This document shows positions 20,201 through 30,246 of a DNA stretch of 64,000 nt, piece by piece; position 1 is the stretch's first letter, and each line of letters opens with the position of its first letter. The stretch spans positions 704,001-768,000 of the forward strand of contig OZ244044.1 in NCBI GenBank assembly GCA_965215275.1. The letters run 5' to 3'. Below the pieces are notes generated by a model, which worked only from the letters and a program-made list of their open reading frames with translations, was not told the origin of the DNA and did no database searches. This stretch comes from Thermodesulfobacteriota bacterium. Lineage in GTDB: Bacteria > Desulfobacterota_D > UBA1144 > Nemesobacterales > JAJCZQ01. A program made the translations under genes and the position numbers.

Positions 20201-20369
20201 CAGCGGACGCTCCGGGAAAAATGGTCTTTACCTTGACTACTTCAAGTTTTACCGAGGGGAATATCTCAAGCGGAAGAACAAGTGCGAACACCAACCCTAT
20301 GACTATGATCGCACCCATCAGAAGGTTGACGAAAACGGAATTTCTAACGGAAAAATCAGCTATGTGCAT
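17274..20369 (-). CDS. RND efflux transporter permease (AcrB family)
   Basis: 1031 aa; GIVVDDAVIVVEN, GIVVNDSLV, RFRPIILTTLTT. Confidence 0.93.
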   Translation of the reverse strand: MHIADFSVRNSVFVNLLMGAIIVIGLVFALVLPLEIFPSVKLEVVKVKTIFPGASAEDVEKLVTVPIEEEIKNTSGIRVLRSTSFEGLSVISAELETGENLLEVTRDIDSKISIVKAELPEDAEDPVIEEITTGFPLLNVALAGDVPRETLRRYAVKLKDKLQLIEGVDSIVLSGVGDPAFWIRLDYRKMHQYRIGIDQISSAVIRKNLDLPGGSYLQDKTEFLVRTTGKIYNVDDILDIPVTSDPQGKHVLIKDIASVTIGEDKVVTTSRVNGDPSITFWINKQKDTDAIDIVRNIRRFLSEFQGTLPESVKVYDTNDTSHWVEKRLKSMLKSGGMGLFFVLVLLGLFLNRRAAVIAALGIPVSFLGAFILMHVSGVTINMLSMFGLIMVLGIVVDDAVIVVENVQRYISQGVPPREAAIKATKEVTLPVIATVLTNIAAFIPLLFATGEIGEFLSIIPTVAIFALFVSLVEALLVMPSHCSDWMKPEVKRTRGKRRWVLRIRSVYLKGLLFALRNRYVVVCTFAVILFISFFLIRSLPNVMFYQHDASEFRIRVENPPQSSLNYTVSSVKQIEEVIERVVPEHVLKNMVSMVGIDITNNDSASYGKHLASIMVEYEDFDKRKENGLQMKNLVREEVERSVVGPEKLDFISDVGIPTGKPVNVEIVGKDLLTLEEISQKTQTELNKYKGVYGVRDNLVWGKPELRVSVDERKAAIFGLDTGSVAREVRAIADGVTVARTRIGKEEADINVQYDFSSADLISLLQSHQVFTPDKRNVSLGTIADIEIKPGILNINRVDLNRTVSVTAEVDQKLTTSQEVNSNILAYMKDLLKEYPGYKYGLAGEAEDYKKTMGDIMRASIAAIILIYLILASILRSYFQPFIIMSILPFTLIGVTAGILLRGEPLTLPAIIGIVALFGIVVNDSLVLMDFINKRKDRFQNIIFAVVMSAKHRFRPIILTTLTTFSGLSTLMFVFRGEASFLAPMATALGFGLLFSTMILLYLIPCFYLILHDLIGYVRMKLGRGSVISARA

Positions 20370-20372
20370 ATA

Positions 20373-21491
20373 CTATCGTGTAATAACTCTTACTTTCTGT
20401 CCGCTTATCAGACCGGCACCACCCTCAACGATTATCAGGCAGTCCGGGGGCAGCATCCCGGCAGGAACAAATCCCGTTTTATCGTCCACCCAGGTAACTT
20501 CCACCGGTACTCTTAAGCTCTTACCTCTCTGCACCACAAAGATAAAGAATTCATCTGCACTGGACAGGACCGCGGTACGAGGTACGCTGACCACGTTACT
20601 GATACTTTTTTCCGGGACCTTTACTTCTATGATCTCCCCTGGCCACCAGTCAGTTCCATCAGGTATTATCTTTATCTCCACCTCGTAGGGTCCGTTACCG
20701 TCCGAGATCCTGCTAACGCCCACGACCTTACCTTTGCCACGTTCGGTAATCCCCGGTGAACCCGCTTTCAGATCGACCACTGTCCCGGCCTTTATGAACT
20801 TTGCCACCCTGGCTTCAGTTGCTGCGATCAGCCTTTTGTCGTTCAGATCAACTACCTTTGCAACCAGGTCGTTTTTAAACACTTCCTGTCCAACGTCAGG
20901 AACGACCCTTATTACGCTTCCTTCTATCGGAGACCTTAACTTCAGACCGTCAAAATCAAATTCTGCCCTTTTATAAAGAGCCTCGACCACCCTTGTATTT
21001 GCTGTTTCAATTTCAAGCTGACTTTTACTCAGATCAAGTCTGTCTCTGGAGATAATCCCCTTTTCAAACAGGGTCCGGTTCTGTGCGTACTGTCGTTTTG
21101 TCTCCTCCAGTTTTGCTTTTGAGGCTTTCAGTCTGAACTCCAGCTCCTGGAACTCAGCCGTTCTTCTCTCGTCAGAAAGTTCTAATATGATCTCTCCTTT
21201 CTTAACCCCGTCACCTCTTTTTGAGTATATCTTACTTACCCAGCCGCCAGTGCTGGCATGAACGTTAACGGTTTTACCCCCTTCAACGCGGCCGATCAGC
21301 TTTCTGTACAGCAGACCGTCCGAGGCAGACGGTGAAATAACCTTCACAGGCCTTGGTACCTGCACGGGTGCGACCTTTGCCGCATCGGAACGAACGGAGG
21401 TCAATCTTAAATACAGACCGGACAGAAGTAACAGGAAAGCACCAACTATCAGTAAAAAAGCAGTCCACTGTTTTTTTGTGGTCTTAGACAT
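20373..21491 (-). CDS. RND periplasmic adaptor (membrane fusion protein)
   Basis: N-terminal TM, lipoyl-like half motifs (GDGVKKGEII; LRSPIEG) around a coiled coil; adjacent to the permease. Confidence 0.88.
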   Translation of the reverse strand: MSKTTKKQWTAFLLIVGAFLLLLSGLYLRLTSVRSDAAKVAPVQVPRPVKVISPSASDGLLYRKLIGRVEGGKTVNVHASTGGWVSKIYSKRGDGVKKGEIILELSDERRTAEFQELEFRLKASKAKLEETKRQYAQNRTLFEKGIISRDRLDLSKSQLEIETANTRVVEALYKRAEFDFDGLKLRSPIEGSVIRVVPDVGQEVFKNDLVAKVVDLNDKRLIAATEARVAKFIKAGTVVDLKAGSPGITERGKGKVVGVSRISDGNGPYEVEIKIIPDGTDWWPGEIIEVKVPEKSISNVVSVPRTAVLSSADEFFIFVVQRGKSLRVPVEVTWVDDKTGFVPAGMLPPDCLIIVEGGAGLISGQKVRVITR

Positions 21492-21661
21492 ACTGGATTC
21501 CCGGTCTATAAACGGTTAAAAATATGGTAAAAAATTAACTGAAAATTTGCTTTTCGTTAGGAACGGTTTTTATTATAACTTGTTTTGTTTAATAAAAGGT
21601 TGCATTTTATCAGTTTTTCTGAAATAATCCTTATTTAAAAAGAGTTTTAAAAGGAGGAAAC

Positions 21662-21964
21662 ATGGCTACAAAACCAATGAAAAAATCAGAACTATTCTCT
21701 CAGATCGTAGAGAATACAGGTATGCCTAACACCACTGCCAGCAAGAAGTCAGTTGGTAAGATCGTTGACGCATTGATCAATATTGCATATCAGGAAACTA
21801 AGGACAAGGGAGAATTTACAGTACCCGGACTGGGCAAACTGTCCCTCCAGGACCGCAAAGCCCGGACTGGACGTAACCCCGCTACTGGAGAGGTTATAAA
21901 CATTCCGGCCAAGAAGGTCGTGAAGTTTAAAGTTTCCAAAATTGCCAACGATAACATCTTATAG
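21662..21964 (+). CDS. hup: HU family DNA-binding protein
   Basis: GLGKL, RKARTGRNPATGEVINIPAKKVVKFK; RBS AAGGAGG. Confidence 0.93.
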   Translation: MATKPMKKSELFSQIVENTGMPNTTASKKSVGKIVDALINIAYQETKDKGEFTVPGLGKLSLQDRKARTGRNPATGEVINIPAKKVVKFKVSKIANDNIL

Positions 21965-22087
21965 ACCTGCCTGGAAATATTAACCTTACGCTTGTTAAAT
22001 TAAATACAAGATAAGGCAGCAGCGGCAACTGGTCATTGGGGCGTATATTAAAAGAGGTATAACTTCTTAATGACCGAGTGCTTTGTA

Positions 22088-23368
22088 CTATAACGCCCTG
22101 TTCAGTAATTCCACTGGATGCACGGTTCTGATATTCAGGCCGTTCTCCCTGATACCTTTCTGTATCTGTATTAGGCATCCAGGGTTGCTGACGGCCAGTA
22201 CGTCAGAACCGGTCTTTTCTATATTTGATATTTTTCTGTGAAGAATTCGTTCAGCCATATCGGGCTGTACGAGGTTGTATATTCCTGCGCTGCCGCAACA
22301 GTGGCTTGACTCGTTCATTTCGATCAGACGCAGTCCCGGTATTTTCAGAAGGACGTTCCTGGGAGCCTGTACTATAGACTGTCCATGTGAAATATGGCAG
22401 GCATCCTGATAGGTTACCTTCAGTTTCAACTCCCTGAGCTCTTCATCTATACCTATCTCGTCAATGAATTCCATTATATCCCGGGTTTTTTCGCTCAGCT
22501 GTTTTGCTTTCAGAAAATACTCATCAGCAGGGGTAAAAAGGTCACCGTAATCTTTGACGCTCGACCCGCATCCTGCGGAATTTATAACCAGATAGTCAAC
22601 TTTCAGGCCGCCGAACGTATCGATCGTGTTACGGGCAAACTGCCTGCCTTCTTCAAGTCTCCCAGAGTGAGTGGATAAAGCCCCGCAGCACTGCTGATGC
22701 CTTGGTACTACTACTTCACAACCTAATTTCGTCAGTACTTCAATAGAGGCCTGGTTCGTCTTTGAAAAAAATACGTTCTGAACGCATCCGGTCAGAAAAG
22801 CCACTCTGTACTTCGTTTTCTTTTTTGATGGTATTACTTCAGGATACTTCGTGATACTTACGGAATCGGGTAAAGGGACCATCTGCTCCATTTTATGCAG
22901 ATCTTTCGATATTCTTTTCAGAATACCCGTAGAGGCAACCAGTTTACGAAGTCCGGTCTTATTATAAAGATAAAGAAAAGGTAATATCAGACCCAGTCTT
23001 TTCTGATAGGGGAACAATCTGAAAATAAACGCCTTGTACAGCCTGTCTCTCAGGGTTCTTGGGTAATTCCTCTCTATCTGAGACCGCGTGGTCTCTATTA
23101 ACTGTCTGTATTTCACTCCCGAAGGACAGGCAGTTTCACAAGCTAAGCACCCAAGGCATTTATCTATATGATCCACCGCGAAGTTCCCAAGTGGTATTCT
23201 TTCTTCCATAACGGACTTGATCAGATATATCCTGCCCCTTGGAGAATCAAGTTCGTTGCCGGTCTCAACGTAGGTCGGGCATGCGCTCAGGCAAAACCCG
23301 CAATGAACGCAGTCTTCGATAATACTCTGGCTCGGCTTGTCTATATGATCAAATCCGGACATGTTCAC
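22088..23368 (-). CDS. glcF: Glycolate oxidase iron-sulfur subunit
   Basis: CVHCGFCLSACP, CLGCLACETACP, two CCG domains. Confidence 0.9.
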   Translation of the reverse strand: MNMSGFDHIDKPSQSIIEDCVHCGFCLSACPTYVETGNELDSPRGRIYLIKSVMEERIPLGNFAVDHIDKCLGCLACETACPSGVKYRQLIETTRSQIERNYPRTLRDRLYKAFIFRLFPYQKRLGLILPFLYLYNKTGLRKLVASTGILKRISKDLHKMEQMVPLPDSVSITKYPEVIPSKKKTKYRVAFLTGCVQNVFFSKTNQASIEVLTKLGCEVVVPRHQQCCGALSTHSGRLEEGRQFARNTIDTFGGLKVDYLVINSAGCGSSVKDYGDLFTPADEYFLKAKQLSEKTRDIMEFIDEIGIDEELRELKLKVTYQDACHISHGQSIVQAPRNVLLKIPGLRLIEMNESSHCCGSAGIYNLVQPDMAERILHRKISNIEKTGSDVLAVSNPGCLIQIQKGIRENGLNIRTVHPVELLNRAL

Positions 23369-24129
23369 TCTATTGTAAAATAAAATTTTTCCAGCTGCGA
23401 CCTGCTCAGCGCCGTTCTGAGAGCATCATCACTATCGAACGTTTTTCTCAGCAGTCTCTTTCCGTATATGCTGACGTTCAGCTTTTTTACGGAAAAAGGA
23501 TTAGGGTCGACCCTATATTTAAAACCATCAGCAGATCGTAAAGTTATATCCACCATGCCGTCTTCATAATCCGATGGAACGTCCTTTAACACGCTTGATC
23601 TCCAGCCATGGCAAAGGGCAAGTGATATAATGTCACCTATCTGTAAAAACTTCAAATTGGTCATTACTTCAGGAGAAAGTTCATTATCTTTAAGCGAATT
23701 GTATTCAGCACCAAAGATGGAAGCAATGATATCCTTTGTTTTTTTCTGAAGTTCCAAGGAACTTCCCTCGTCACGGTCCGTACAAGTGGAACTTTCGTTC
23801 AGCTTGGAAAAATGAAGGGCTATAAGTGCCGATGAATAACCATGGCTGTGAAAACCGTTCTCAAAGCTTTTTATCCAGATCCTTTTCTGCTCCTCGTCGT
23901 TCATCTCCATAAAGTTCGCCGGGTACCGGTTCTTTTTATCCGTTTTCGGATAAGTATCCCATTCTATCCATCCAAGGTCGTGATTATTAACCGCGTACAT
24001 AACTTCTTCAAAAGGTCTTATAGATGAAAAATGCTCGTTACCCCAGAACTTCATTACGTCCCCTGCAAGCCTCGCGTGGTCATGCTGATGGAACACTACC
24101 CACCCTTTTTCCAAGTCTCTTCTTATCAT
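23365..24129 (-). CDS. DUF3891-like protein
   Basis: Q.DHARLAG...WG, HDLGW..WD, ALIALHF pattern. Confidence 0.7.
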   Translation of the reverse strand: MIRRDLEKGWVVFHQHDHARLAGDVMKFWGNEHFSSIRPFEEVMYAVNNHDLGWIEWDTYPKTDKKNRYPANFMEMNDEEQKRIWIKSFENGFHSHGYSSALIALHFSKLNESSTCTDRDEGSSLELQKKTKDIIASIFGAEYNSLKDNELSPEVMTNLKFLQIGDIISLALCHGWRSSVLKDVPSDYEDGMVDITLRSADGFKYRVDPNPFSVKKLNVSIYGKRLLRKTFDSDDALRTALSRSQLEKFYFTIE

Positions 24130-24232
24130 CTTCTGTAACCGTACGACATAAAGTGATCAGAACTTTTGTCCCTGATAGATCGTTAAATATCGTTTCTGTT
24201 TTATTCCCTTTTCGGACGAACGCCGTTTCTGC

Positions 24233-25546
24233 TTATAAAAGTCTTCCGGGACTTAACACGTTACCGGGATCAAAGTTCTTTTTAAGGACCTTCATCAGAT
24301 CATAAGAGGACAGCAGACCGCTCCATTTATCAATCCTGTCAGATTCATCACAGAGTCTCTGAACCATTACGTTCCCTCCAAGAGCTGCAACGTAACTTCC
24401 GAGAAGCGATACGCACATTTTCAAGGACCTGCTTTCACCTTTGATCAGTACCTGTATTGAGCCGATACCTGCTTTTGCAGATATAAAGAACACCAGATCG
24501 AGGTTTCTGGCAACGTCCTCTGTGTATTCAAGAACCTTTGGAACGTCCGTGATAAGCACGTTGATCCTGCAGAGTGCATCATCAGACGGGTCCAGGAATG
24601 GAAAGTTCCTTATATACTTCCATACATTCCTATCGTTTTTTATAATAACTCCATCAATATTTTTATCTTTCAGTACACGGTCAACCGTCATGATCTGCTC
24701 ATCCACTGCTTTTGATACGTTCTCGATCTTTATAACGACGGCGTAAACAAGACCCGCCGGTCTTAAATTTGCAAATCGGGAAATGGCTTTTAAAAGATCG
24801 CGATTGATGATCTCGAACGCCGTCAGAGAGAGTTCAGCCTCAAGAACAGCTTTGGTCAGTTTTTTTACTTCCGACGCACTTTTTATACCCAAGATAAACG
24901 AAACGGACCTTTCGGCGATCGGGTGGACTTTCAAGGTTGCCTCAACTATTATGCCCAGGGTTCCCAGTGAACCAACGAACAGTTTCGGCAGGTCATATCC
25001 AGCTACATTTTTAACGACCTTGGCTCCACCCCTTATAATTTCCCCGTTCGCCCTTACGACCTTGACTTCAAGGACCTGCTCCCTGCAGGTCTTATACCTC
25101 ATCCTTGACGGACCACTGTCGTTCGAAGATATGATCCCTCCGATGGTGGCGCCTTGCTCCGTAAGGGGAGGGTCGAGCGCAATGAACTGATCCTTTTTTA
25201 CAAGCTGACCTTGTATATCCTCTAACTTTGCACCAGCCTGGACGGTAGCTATAAAGTCCATCTCGTTGTGATGGACGATCTTGTTCAGTTTTTCCAGCCC
25301 AAGGGCAACGTCATACGAATCAGGACCATTTCCCAGGGATATCTTGGTACCACTTCCATACGGTATAACGCTCAGTTTATTTTCACTACAGTACCTTACG
25401 ACCTCCGAAACCTGTTCATAGGTATCCGGAAGGACCGCCACCTGAGGAAGCCTGCCATGAACGGAAAACCCGTTAAGTTCATCTCTGCTGAACATAACGT
25501 TCAGTCCATCGGGCAAGCCTGTAAATTTTTCTTTATTGATCTTCAT
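24233..25546 (-). CDS. glcE: Glycolate oxidase FAD-binding subunit
   Basis: ATIGG, GGAKVVKNVAGYDLPKLFVGSLGTLG, FDPGNVLSPG. Confidence 0.88.
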   Translation of the reverse strand: MKINKEKFTGLPDGLNVMFSRDELNGFSVHGRLPQVAVLPDTYEQVSEVVRYCSENKLSVIPYGSGTKISLGNGPDSYDVALGLEKLNKIVHHNEMDFIATVQAGAKLEDIQGQLVKKDQFIALDPPLTEQGATIGGIISSNDSGPSRMRYKTCREQVLEVKVVRANGEIIRGGAKVVKNVAGYDLPKLFVGSLGTLGIIVEATLKVHPIAERSVSFILGIKSASEVKKLTKAVLEAELSLTAFEIINRDLLKAISRFANLRPAGLVYAVVIKIENVSKAVDEQIMTVDRVLKDKNIDGVIIKNDRNVWKYIRNFPFLDPSDDALCRINVLITDVPKVLEYTEDVARNLDLVFFISAKAGIGSIQVLIKGESRSLKMCVSLLGSYVAALGGNVMVQRLCDESDRIDKWSGLLSSYDLMKVLKKNFDPGNVLSPGRLL

Positions 25547-25564
25547 CTAATAACTAACGCTTAG

Positions 25565-27034
25565 TTAAAACATCTCTCCTTCTGCGTAGCTTTGCCATTT
25601 AAGTGCTCTCTCGTGCGACATTCCATGCTCGGCACAGGTCCTTGGAGTGGGAAACAGCTTACCGGGATTGCATATCCCCTTTGGGTCAAAGGTGCGTCTT
25701 ACCAGGTTCATCGTATCTATGTCCTGTTCGTTGAACATTATAGGTACGTAGTTTTTTTTATCATAACCCACTCCGTGCTCACCCGTGATGCTTCCACCCG
25801 AATCCACGCAGACCCGTAGTATTTCCTCTGACAGCTTTTCAACTTTCTCAAAGTCTCCCTCGGTCCTGGAATTATAGAGAATAAGAGGATGCAGATTACC
25901 GTCACCGGCGTGAAAAACGTTAGCAACGGTAAGTTCATATTTATCGCTCAGCTCATTGATCTTTCCAAGGACCTCGGACAGCTTGAACCTCGGTATAACT
26001 CCATCTTGAACATAATAGTCAGGGCTGACCCTGCCCATCGCAGCAAAGGCGCTCTTTCTGCCCTTCCAGAACAGGTCCCTTTCTGCCTCGTCCCTGGCAA
26101 CCCTTATATCCTTTGCGGAATTTTTTCTTAAAACCGTTTCCGCGATCGGCATCTGAGCTTCAACTTCAGCAGCGGTCCCGTCAAGTTCCAAAAGCAGAAT
26201 TGCAGCAGCATCTTCCGGATAACCCGCGTTAACGGACCTCTGAACGGCCTTTATGCAGGTATTGTCCATTATTTCCATACCCGCCGGTACTATACCACTT
26301 GCAATGATCCCGGATACTGACGAGCCGGCATCTTCTATACGATCAAATGAAGCAAACAGGGTCTTTACGGACCCAGGTCGTTTTATAATCCTTAAGACAA
26401 CCTTTGTTACAATACCCAGAAGCCCTTCGGAACCTATAACGATACTTAAAAGATCATAACCGGGAGAGTCGTGCGTTTTACCGCCTATCTCCACTACCTG
26501 CCCGTCCGGTAAGACCATTTCAACGCCAAGCACGTGATCGGTAGTGACCCCGTATTTAAGACAGTGCACCCCGCCGGAGTTTTCCGCAATGTTCCCTCCG
26601 ATCGTACAGACGATCTGACTTGATGGATCAGGTGCATAATAAAACCCATCTTTATCAACTGCTTCGCTCACCTCTCTGTTCACAACTCCCGGCTGAACGA
26701 CCACAAGCCTGTTCGGAACGTCTATCTCCAAGATCTTGTTCATCCTGGAAAGGCAGATTATTATTCCTGCTTTATTAGGTAATGCCCCACCGGACAGCCC
26801 CGTGCCTGCACCACGCGGCACAAAGGGGACCTCATACTTGTGGCACAGCTTTACTATCTCCGATACCTGCTTTGTTGTAGAAGGGAGGACCACGAACTGC
26901 GGCTTTACCCTGTAGCTTGTTAAACCATCACACTCAAACGCAATAAGCTGCTCATCAGACGACAGAACAGACCCTGGTTCCAGGATAAAACTGAGGCCGT
27001 CTTTAAGAATATTTTTCAGTCGTGGATCCATCAA
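25565..27034 (-). CDS. glcD: Glycolate oxidase subunit GlcD
   Basis: PRGAGTGLSGG, APDPSS, HAGDGNLHP, GEHGVG. Confidence 0.92.
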   Translation of the reverse strand: MMDPRLKNILKDGLSFILEPGSVLSSDEQLIAFECDGLTSYRVKPQFVVLPSTTKQVSEIVKLCHKYEVPFVPRGAGTGLSGGALPNKAGIIICLSRMNKILEIDVPNRLVVVQPGVVNREVSEAVDKDGFYYAPDPSSQIVCTIGGNIAENSGGVHCLKYGVTTDHVLGVEMVLPDGQVVEIGGKTHDSPGYDLLSIVIGSEGLLGIVTKVVLRIIKRPGSVKTLFASFDRIEDAGSSVSGIIASGIVPAGMEIMDNTCIKAVQRSVNAGYPEDAAAILLLELDGTAAEVEAQMPIAETVLRKNSAKDIRVARDEAERDLFWKGRKSAFAAMGRVSPDYYVQDGVIPRFKLSEVLGKINELSDKYELTVANVFHAGDGNLHPLILYNSRTEGDFEKVEKLSEEILRVCVDSGGSITGEHGVGYDKKNYVPIMFNEQDIDTMNLVRRTFDPKGICNPGKLFPTPRTCAEHGMSHERALKWQSYAEGEMF

Positions 27035-27143
27035 TTGTTCTTTCTTACAGTTACCCGATCAGAATTAAGTATAGTATATTGTATTTCCTGTAAGATTTCT
27101 TTAATCTGACCGTTAAAGTATTTTCAATGAAACTTTCAAGACC

Positions 27144-27788
27144 ATGACAATAAAAGCAAAGATACTACCCCCGTCGGACACCGGCTGCGTCCAGACCGCG
27201 GCAGAGACGCTCAAAAGAGGTGGAATTATCATTTATCCCACTGAAACCCTGTACGGCATTGGAGCACTTGCAGACAACGCGGAAGCGATCAGTAAAATAT
27301 TCAATATCAAGGAAAGAGCGGCCAACAAACCGCTTTTAACCTTGGTCAAAGATACCGACATGATCAGAAAATATTTTAAGATCAGTGAAGAACAGTTCCA
27401 TCTGTATAAGAAGTTCAGCAAGCTGCCCCTGACGATCATAGTGGAACAAAAGTTCAGGTTCCCGGACGAGCTTTCAGCAGGGACCAGGAAGGTCGGGATC
27501 AGGATATCCTCAAATCAGTTCGTTGCCGAACTCTTTAAGTTCATCCATACCCCGCTTGCGTCAACAAGTGCTAACATCAGCGGACAAGAACAAGTAACAA
27601 AGATCAAAGATATAATAGATCAGTTCGGTCATAAGGTTGATGTTATAGTTAACTCTGGTAATTTACCTGACTCTCAAGGGTCCACCATACTGGACATAAC
27701 GACCTGCCCCGTTGTAATGGTCAGAGAAGGCGATATAAAAAAGAAAGAATTAAAGGAGTTCTTTATTGGCAACGATCAAGGGATTTAA
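27144..27788 (+). CDS. tsaC: L-threonylcarbamoyladenylate synthase (Sua5/YrdC)
   Basis: YPTETLYG, K.R...KPL, STSANISG, STILD. Confidence 0.9.
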   Translation: MTIKAKILPPSDTGCVQTAAETLKRGGIIIYPTETLYGIGALADNAEAISKIFNIKERAANKPLLTLVKDTDMIRKYFKISEEQFHLYKKFSKLPLTIIVEQKFRFPDELSAGTRKVGIRISSNQFVAELFKFIHTPLASTSANISGQEQVTKIKDIIDQFGHKVDVIVNSGNLPDSQGSTILDITTCPVVMVREGDIKKKELKEFFIGNDQGI

Positions 27789-28983
27789 AGGTATAAGGTA
27801 CAACGCGGACAAAATTGAGGACCTAAGCAGCGTTATTGCTCCTCCTTACGACGTAATCAGTGAGCAGGAACAGGACGAACTTTATAAACTGAATCAGCAC
27901 AACGTTATCAGACTGATACTTGCCAAAGGTCAAGGAGACGACAGATATAGGAACGCTGGCAAGTCGTTTAAAGAATGGCTTGATGATTCGGTGTTAATTC
28001 AGGAAAGCCGTCCTTGTATTTATCCCTATTATCAGGAATTCGAGTTAGAAGGCAAGTCGTTTACAAGAAAGGGATTTATAGCCATTGTAAGAGTTGAGGA
28101 CTTTACCTCAAAAACAGTCTTTCCTCATGAGCAGACATTTAAAAAGCACAAGGAGGACAGATTGAAACTCACTACCGCGTGCAATGCCAATATGAGTCAG
28201 ATCTTTGCGGTCTATACGGACCAGAACGGCGAAGCGGAAAAGCTGATAGACAGGTCCATTGATAAACCCATAATGAGCGCCGTTACAAAAGACGGAGTCA
28301 ATAACAAGCTCTGGAAGATCGAGGATCAATCCGTTATAGATGAAGTTTCACACAAGTTTATGGATAAGAACTTACTGATAGCCGATGGACATCACAGGTA
28401 TGAAACTGCGATCAACTTCAGAAACGAACAGAGGAGTATGAACGGGAAAGACGGGGAAGAAAGACCTTATAATTACGTAATGATGTACCTTTCAAGATCA
28501 GAGGGTGAAGGTTTGATAATAAATCCCACACACAGGGTCGTTAGAAAGATCGGCCTGTCTGAAGATGAACTGCTTCAAAGAGTGGAAAAACATTTTGAGG
28601 TTAAAAAATGTAGTGAAGATAAGGTCCACGATCTAGCTTTTGATCAAATAGCCGTTGTATTAAGTTCCACAGGCTCAAGCTATGTGCTTAAACCCAGGCG
28701 TAAGTATACAAAGCATTATCAGAACCTGGCAGTGATGCAGCTTCACAACCTGATATTTAAACAGATCATAGACGAAGAAAACGCAGGGGTCTTATACACT
28801 AAATTTGAGGATGAGTTATACGACCTGGTTAAAGATAATGAGTATGAAGCGGGTTTTCTGCTACCCAAGATAAAAGCGAGTGATATATTCGAAGTCGTTC
28901 TTGACGGTAAAAAAATGCCTCACAAAACAACCTATTTTTATCCCAAAATACTTTCTGGGATGGTTTTCAATCCTCTCTGGTAA
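27766..28983 (+). CDS. DUF1015 family protein
   Basis: APPYDVIS, PHEQT, IADGHHRYET, MPHKTTYFYPK. Confidence 0.88.
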   Translation: MATIKGFKGIRYNADKIEDLSSVIAPPYDVISEQEQDELYKLNQHNVIRLILAKGQGDDRYRNAGKSFKEWLDDSVLIQESRPCIYPYYQEFELEGKSFTRKGFIAIVRVEDFTSKTVFPHEQTFKKHKEDRLKLTTACNANMSQIFAVYTDQNGEAEKLIDRSIDKPIMSAVTKDGVNNKLWKIEDQSVIDEVSHKFMDKNLLIADGHHRYETAINFRNEQRSMNGKDGEERPYNYVMMYLSRSEGEGLIINPTHRVVRKIGLSEDELLQRVEKHFEVKKCSEDKVHDLAFDQIAVVLSSTGSSYVLKPRRKYTKHYQNLAVMQLHNLIFKQIIDEENAGVLYTKFEDELYDLVKDNEYEAGFLLPKIKASDIFEVVLDGKKMPHKTTYFYPKILSGMVFNPLW

Positions 28984-28996
28984 GGTAACAGGATAA

Positions 28997-29203
28997 TTAC
29001 TGGTTATTTTGCTGGTTTGTCTGAAATTTGTTGAACAAGGCCCCCCCCCAATATTTGCTCATATCTATCTCTTTAATACTTATTTCACTCTTGATATAAG
29101 TTCTTATAATGAAGAAAATTCCAACAACTCTAATACCAGTAAAAACGATAATCCCTACTATTAAAAACAATGCGAACAGTTTATTTACTGTCTTCTTTAG
29201 CAA
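28997..29203 (-). CDS. Small hypothetical membrane protein
   Basis: Hydrophobic N-terminal segment; its 3' end (QQNNQ) is identical to that of ORF 30966-31415; contains a 9-nt homopolymer. Confidence 0.4.
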   Translation of the reverse strand: MLKKTVNKLFALFLIVGIIVFTGIRVVGIFFIIRTYIKSEISIKEIDMSKYWGGALFNKFQTNQQNNQ

Positions 29204-29217
29204 ATTTTGATTATTAT

Positions 29218-29988
29218 TTAATCTCTAATCAATAGATTTTTTATTGTTTTAGGTAAAACTGGATCAATTTCTTCAATAGATTCAGACTGGACAGTCTCTG
29301 ACTTTTCTTTTGATACTGACTTGGAGTTTGAAGTCCTTAATCTGCAAGTATGATGATAAACAACGTCATTAAGAGTAGCTCTAATTCCATCTATAGTTAT
29401 TCCAAAAATGTCATATCCATAAAAGATTTCCATAGAACCACCGTTTAAATTATCAATCACAAATCCTGTATTCTCTCCTTGTGTATAAGTAACCACGTTG
29501 CATCTATCAAAAGTATAACCTACCTTGCCACGACTATTAGATAAAATCTCTCGGCTGGGAAAACAAGGAGGTAAATCAAAAGTATAACCTACCTTGCCAC
29601 GACTATTAGTGCATCCATCTGCTGAAATAACAGTTGCTGTAACTATTGAGTCAGTAAGGTGTATGTTAAAAGTACCATCTAAAGATTCAGAAACATTATA
29701 CTGAGTTCTCCCCGAAACACTTATACTACCGATAGTAACCCTACCGGACGAACAATCCCAATAATTTGAGTTTGTATTTAAAAAATCATCTTGGGAAGAA
29801 ACACAGTCTCTATTAGTAGCGATACTATCTAGTGATGTGCTTTGAAACCGTGAATCTTCAATAACAGGACAATCATTTTCTACTATTGCATTTACGTTTT
29901 CGTTCCCATCTCCACCACCGCAAGCTAATAACACAACGATTAACAACCCACTAAATAGATAACTTTGTAATCTTTTATAAATCATCAC
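29218..29988 (-). CDS. Hypothetical lipoprotein
   Basis: Lipobox VLLA-C followed by GGGDG; AT-rich; internal NSRGKVGYTFD duplication. Confidence 0.7.
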   Translation of the reverse strand: MMIYKRLQSYLFSGLLIVVLLACGGGDGNENVNAIVENDCPVIEDSRFQSTSLDSIATNRDCVSSQDDFLNTNSNYWDCSSGRVTIGSISVSGRTQYNVSESLDGTFNIHLTDSIVTATVISADGCTNSRGKVGYTFDLPPCFPSREILSNSRGKVGYTFDRCNVVTYTQGENTGFVIDNLNGGSMEIFYGYDIFGITIDGIRATLNDVVYHHTCRLRTSNSKSVSKEKSETVQSESIEEIDPVLPKTIKNLLIRD

Positions 29989-30246
29989 TTGTAATAAATT
30001 CCCGTTTGTCTTCTACTTCTTTTTTTTCTAAAAGTTTTAATTTTTGGGAATTATATAGGAAAGTTGACAAACTATATTACTCGTTAACTTTCTTATATTT
30101 TCTAAATCTTGGTTTAACATTTTTATTACCTAAAAGAATACGAACCACATCATCAAATTCTATCTCGTGCATTCCAGGCAGACGGGTTTTCCTTTCTTTT
30201 TAACAACTTCTTTTGATTCGTAACCATATAACGATTGATTTTATTT

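Noticed and set aside
30080..30230. Frameshifted small ORF (KKKGKPV / HEIEFDDVVRILLG) resembling short ORFs I recall trailing IS1595 transposases
   Set aside because: Based on recollection only, and the frame is broken. Not strong enough to list as a feature.
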